A stretch of DNA of 64,000 nucleotides, taken from NCBI GenBank assembly GCA_964016885.1, contig OZ024748.1:5828001-5892000 (forward strand). The letters are read 5' to 3'. Below the pieces are notes generated by a model. It worked only from the letters and a program-made list of their open reading frames with translations. It searched no databases and was not told the origin of the DNA. The stretch comes from Eledone cirrhosa (taxonomy: Eukaryota). This document shows, piece by piece, positions 59,267 to 64,000 of the stretch. Within the stretch, counting starts at the first letter, position 1. Every line of letters begins with the position of its first letter. Both the position numbers and the translations under genes were made by a program.

Positions 59267-59441
59267 TAGTATAAAAAACGAAAAATCAGTGATGCATCTG
59301 GACTCAGTTTATTGCGTGTTAGCCGTAGAATCAGCCAGATCCATACAGCGATCATGTCTCGAGCTATCTGCCGGCGAAACAATTGTAACACGCAATAAAC
59401 TGAGTCCAGATGCATCACTGAATTTTCGTTTTTTTATACTA
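59267..59441 (+). mobile_element. Family B element with ~55-bp inverted arms
   Basis: 59267-59321 is reverse-complementary to 59386-59441. GAAACAATTGTA at 59376-59387 gives a palindromic stem III and a GUA site. Confidence 0.8.
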
Positions 59442-59838
59442 TATATATATATGGACCTATATCTATGTGTACAATTTAAAGATCTTAGTGAACGCTATAT
59501 TGAGGTTCATTTGGCTCTCACCATTCGGAGTTCTCAAGAGGAAAACCTTTGGAATATCGACCGTTTTAGGAATATAAATAAATGATATGCCATAGAATTT
59601 AATATATTAATGGACCCTACATTTAACTTATATTCACAGTGTTGGACTATCTACTTTTGGAAGTCACCAATGTTTTTAGGTCAAAATAATGAAATACAAA
59701 ATAAAATCTTTGAAACTTCACACTGGTTAATTATTTCATTTGATATTTTCCCCTCAGTAAGGTCAATTAATTGTAGCAATTATGTGTGCCGTTTCATGAT
59801 AAAAATCTCTGACCATTCAATCTTTCCTATATATATAA

Positions 59839-59921
<83 letters not shown>

Positions 59922-60261
59922 TATGCAGTTAAGGCAAAAAAACTGTTTTTCTTTAATTTAGTAATTTTTGTTTTCAGGATATTATCTTAAACTTCTGATT
60001 AATTTTAAGAAAATTTTAAAATATTTGGCTGTTATTTGTGGGAGATAACGTATTTTCGTGGACATAGAGACTGTAGTAATTAATACCTTTCGTGGTCTGA
60101 GATCCAAACCTCATGGGATTGGTTTTAACTCATTTTGAATTTCTTTTCTAAGTGAACGGCTAAATTATCTAACATATATATAGGATCCAACACTTTCTAT
60201 GACTAACATTGAAATATCCCTCAAACCACACCTTGTCATCTTAGAAAATGTTAGGTTCGGT

Positions 60262-60426
60262 CAGTGGTTCCCAAAGTTCCATGGAACCCAAGGGTTCGTC
60301 AAACGAGTGTCTGGGGTTCCGTGAAAAAGTTCATATTAAGATCACATAACAGTATTAGGCTTTGGAGTTCTCCGAAAGTTTCTGAACCTAAAAGGGTCCG
60401 AGTTTGAAGGATTTGGGAAAACCCTG
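60262..60426. mobile_element. hAT/Charlie-like MITE
   Basis: Imperfect TIRs CAGTGGTTCCCAAA ... TTTGGGAAAACCCTG and internal GGGTTC motifs. The target-site duplication is not recognisable. Confidence 0.65.
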
Positions 60427-61359
60427 CCTTAGATAATCTATTGTTGAGTTTTCTGTTCACAGGAAAAAAACTGGGTTATGAAGGCCGTCACAACTTTAAT
60501 CACATGCCTGGAAGATCTTGCCATATATTGACAGATTATGGACCAGGTGTTAACCGCAGTCCAGCATTCTGTCACCTCTCATATTGAATCAATGTTTTAT
60601 TATTTACACCAGTCCTTATGTAATCCATATCTGAATATGCATCTAAACAAGAATAATCACCTGATATATCTAGTGTTTCCTGCTACATACATTGACCAAA
60701 TTTTTTAAAATCCCTTGTTCGGGGCAATGTAAACTGCTACATATATTGACCAAATCTTTCCAAAACTGCCTGTACTATTTGTTTAAAAATATATAAAGCC
60801 ATATTGGTTAATATGAGCTATTGATTCGCGATGTGCGAAAATAAGGAAACCTGAATTGTCATAGCTGAGATATATATAATATCATACGTCTAATTCAGGG
60901 GTTCAAAAATCGATATACAAAGATATCTGGAGATTTGTAAATTTATTCAGTAGACAGGTCTTCTAAAATACCGGCTTCGCCCTTAAACTGATTTAAAAGA
61001 ACATGGGCCTTGGTAGTAAAAATGCGGGGACTCACTTTCTTAATTGATGTTGGTCCACCCAAGGCCCAAAACTAACAACACTCAGGAAACAGCCTTTATT
61101 ACACGACTGTTTGATCTTTTATAAATATAAGCAACTCCTCTTTCAAATCACAGAGATCCATGTGTTAATATAAAAGCAACGGTAGGTCTGCATCGTCGGG
61201 GATTTACGAGCTTAGTAAAAAAAGAAAGAAGATAAAACCTCTAAAATCTATTTCATGGCCGAGGTCCCTTAGGACCGGTGATTAGCCGATATTATTGGCT
61301 TTAAGGGACTGAGTAAAAGATTCAACGCTTGTTCAACCTAGGCTTAAAATCCTCCACTA

Positions 61360-61505
61360 CTACTGGTACTCCTTTTCGGCTGTGTATACTGGAGCAACGT
61401 CAAATGAAGTGTTTGTCTCAAGAACACAACATACTACCCGGTCCATGAATCGAACCCACGATATTAGGACAGCAAGTCCAAAACTCTAACCACTAGGCCA
61501 TGCGT
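61360..61505 (-). mobile_element. CORE-type SINE (family 2)
   Basis: ACTGGAGCAACGTCAAATGAAGTGTTTGTCTCAAGAACACAAC...GAATCGAACCCAC...CTCTAACCACTAGGCCATGCG. Confidence 0.75.
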
Positions 61506-63479
61506 ATTACCCATGGGCTTAGTAAGGAACTAATATTACTACTGCTACTACAAAAAAGGTGGAGAGGGAGAGCCGTTCTATCACACTCTTAAAACAATTT
61601 GTCTATTCTAGTCCACGGTGTATATGAAGAAAACAACAATAGGATGGACTAGTTTTTACCATAAGGTCTGCTTAATCGTAGCTGATAGAGAGAGCAAAAC
61701 AACAGCAACGACGACAACATCAATAACAAGGAATGCTGCTGCTGCTACTACTACAATAATTTAAATTCCCTACATACACATATTTCGGAAGAGTGGGAGA
61801 GAGAGATTATTGAACTGAAATAGCGGAACGCACATTGCGCTGTTGGTGTTGTTATTGTTAGAGGTATTTGTGTTGTTGTTGGTTTGGCTGTTGGTGGTGT
61901 CGGTGATGCTGGTGATGTCTTTGTGATTTAATCCCAAGTCAGCCTTGATCTATGGGATTATGATCAACGACATTCTTTTCATATTCAGCTTCTTATATAG
62001 TCAATAAATGCTCCCTTTGTGTTTATCATGGACACATAGTTACGTATGGTAAAATGGCCTGATGTGAGGAAGATTTGGTTGCTATTTCTAGCGTATAAAA
62101 TCATCCTATGAAGAAGATATTTCTTACCATCTGAAATCTCTAGCATATGTATAGACTGCTGATTTACTTTCCCTTTATACTAATATACCGGTGTATAGGG
62201 AAATAATGAAGATTACTGTGTGAATGCCAGGATAAAATGTTCCAGCACCGTTTCGTTCCGTTTTAACTAATCCGTTTCGGAATTTAATAACAACACTATA
62301 CAATAATTTGTGGATTCTATATATTAAAATATATCTACTGCTAATAATCAGAATTTACCACACTGGTACGAGATTATTTTGTTGGAGGATTCCTCGTCGG
62401 TTTCGACGGAGAGTATATAGTTGTGAAACTAACTTAATTCCTACTTGTGAAATAATTGTGTAAGCGTGACTGAATATTGCACAGGAACTTATAAGCTTGA
62501 ATTAATAATTCTCAAGATGAATCTGTGTAACACAGTGACCAGGCTAAAACTTTCTAAATTAAATATATAATCCATAAACATATTGAGAAAATGAGTAAGA
62601 GAGAGAGAAAGAAAGGGAAAAATCAACACCTGTATTTTACTGGTACTAAATGTATCGACTGTGAAATGATGAAAAACGAAAATGAACTCGGATTTGAAAT
62701 CACAGCGCAAGGAGCCGAATGGTTATTATTCCATACTTTAACGGTTCCAGAAATCTTCCTCCTTGGGGAGAAAGTTAAAGTTCTTTGAATCAACCACATC
62801 ACTGTTATCCATGTCGGGAATTTTATAGAAATATAAACGTAGGGAAATAGCAAAAAAAAAGGGAAAAATAAAATATGGGGCGAAAGAATGGGTGTATGAT
62901 TTAGTGATAAAGCTGTAAGATTCTAGCAGGTTGTGAATTGGTGTTTCGATTTTAATCCCAGGTCTACCCTGATTTAAAACATGTATGATCAGCGGGCACT
63001 GCGACCATTCCGTCTATTCCTATATGAAAAAATCTAGTGAAAATGGTCGAAATGGAACTAACCACAAATATCCTTTTCTCAGAAAATGGAGACGGACTGG
63101 AACCACCCAAGGATTGACCCTTGGGAATTACTATATATTAAAATAGAAGAACAAAATAATGGAACATTTTTAATACATTTAAATACTAGTTGTAGCATGA
63201 ATATCGAACATGTAAAGATTTCCTCGATAGTGCGTGCCGCATGGCATTTACTCTGGCGCGATTCCAAAATAGCAACAGCGGCCTCAGTAGAAATATCAGC
63301 AACTTAGTAATAGTAGTAATAGTAGTGGTGGTAGTAGCAGCAGTAGCATTAGTGGTAGTAGTAGTAGTAGAAAATATTTATTTTTACGTAGTAGGCACTA
63401 AAAAAGTCACATATTTCATTTTAATATAATTTGTGAGTGATGGTGTTGGTGGTGTTGATGGTGGTGTTAAAGGATGGTA

Positions 63480-63955
63480 TAGTCGATTAAATTCACCCTC
63501 AGTACTTGACTGGTACTTGACTTTAAACGACCCCCACAGGGGATCAAAGGTAAATTCGACCCCTGACGATATATACCTAAGAAAGTAAAGGGGACGTAAC
63601 TGTATACTGTTTAAGGTATTTAGATTTAGAGAATCGACACACACTAGCGATTCTCTTACAATATATTACCGCCAGAATATTGATAGTGGTGGTACGGATA
63701 ATAGTACTAGTAGCAGTAGTAGTGTAGTAGTAGCAGTAGTGGTGGCAGTAGTAGTATCAATAATAATGGTTTCTGATTTAGGCACAAGGCCAAGAAATTT
63801 GGGATAGGGATGTCGATTAAATCGACCCAATTTATTATATCGACATCTTTTGGATGATAGGCAAAGCTAATTTCTGTGGGATTTGAACTCAGAATGTAAA
63901 GAGATAAAGCTATCAGTAGCAAAGCTTGTTGTACAACGATCTACTGATAATGAAA
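63480..63955 (-). mobile_element. Two decayed SINE family 1 copies (~63480-63640, ~63762-63955)
   Basis: TTTCTGATTTAGGCACAAGGCC...GTCGATTAAATCGACCC...GGGATTTGAACTCAGAA. Confidence 0.7.
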
Positions 63956-64000
63956 ATCCACTAAAAATAATAAGAAATAATGACTATGGATAAATCCAGA

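Overview
Extremely AT-rich eukaryotic repeat DNA with no supportable host protein-coding exon. It is probably intronic or intergenic. The SINE types and the (TA)n/(CA)n/(GA)n density suggest a coleoid cephalopod, probably Octopus (inferred from recalled repeat families, not a search). Almost all ORF-track entries are microsatellite translations (YIYI, VCVC, THTH). The only clear coding relic is a 5'-truncated, stop-disrupted RTE-clade LINE at ~43820-46568. There is also an internally deleted RTE/BovB-like element in two copies and a possible decayed CMC/Chapaev-type transposase fragment. Three tRNA-derived SINE families and two MITEs are present. The most interesting signal is a dense set of short insertions embedded in (TA)n tracts. 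Several carry type-I minimal hammerhead ribozyme motifs with palindromic stem III, the Penelope-like-element signature. One motif at 32307-32377 has an intact core, and one at ~38395-38540 has a ~90-nt insert in stem II. Several insertions are long fold-back palindromes. A young, ~10-copy hairpin family keeps hammerhead-like topology but has a non-canonical core (CYGUCGA...GGGGUC).
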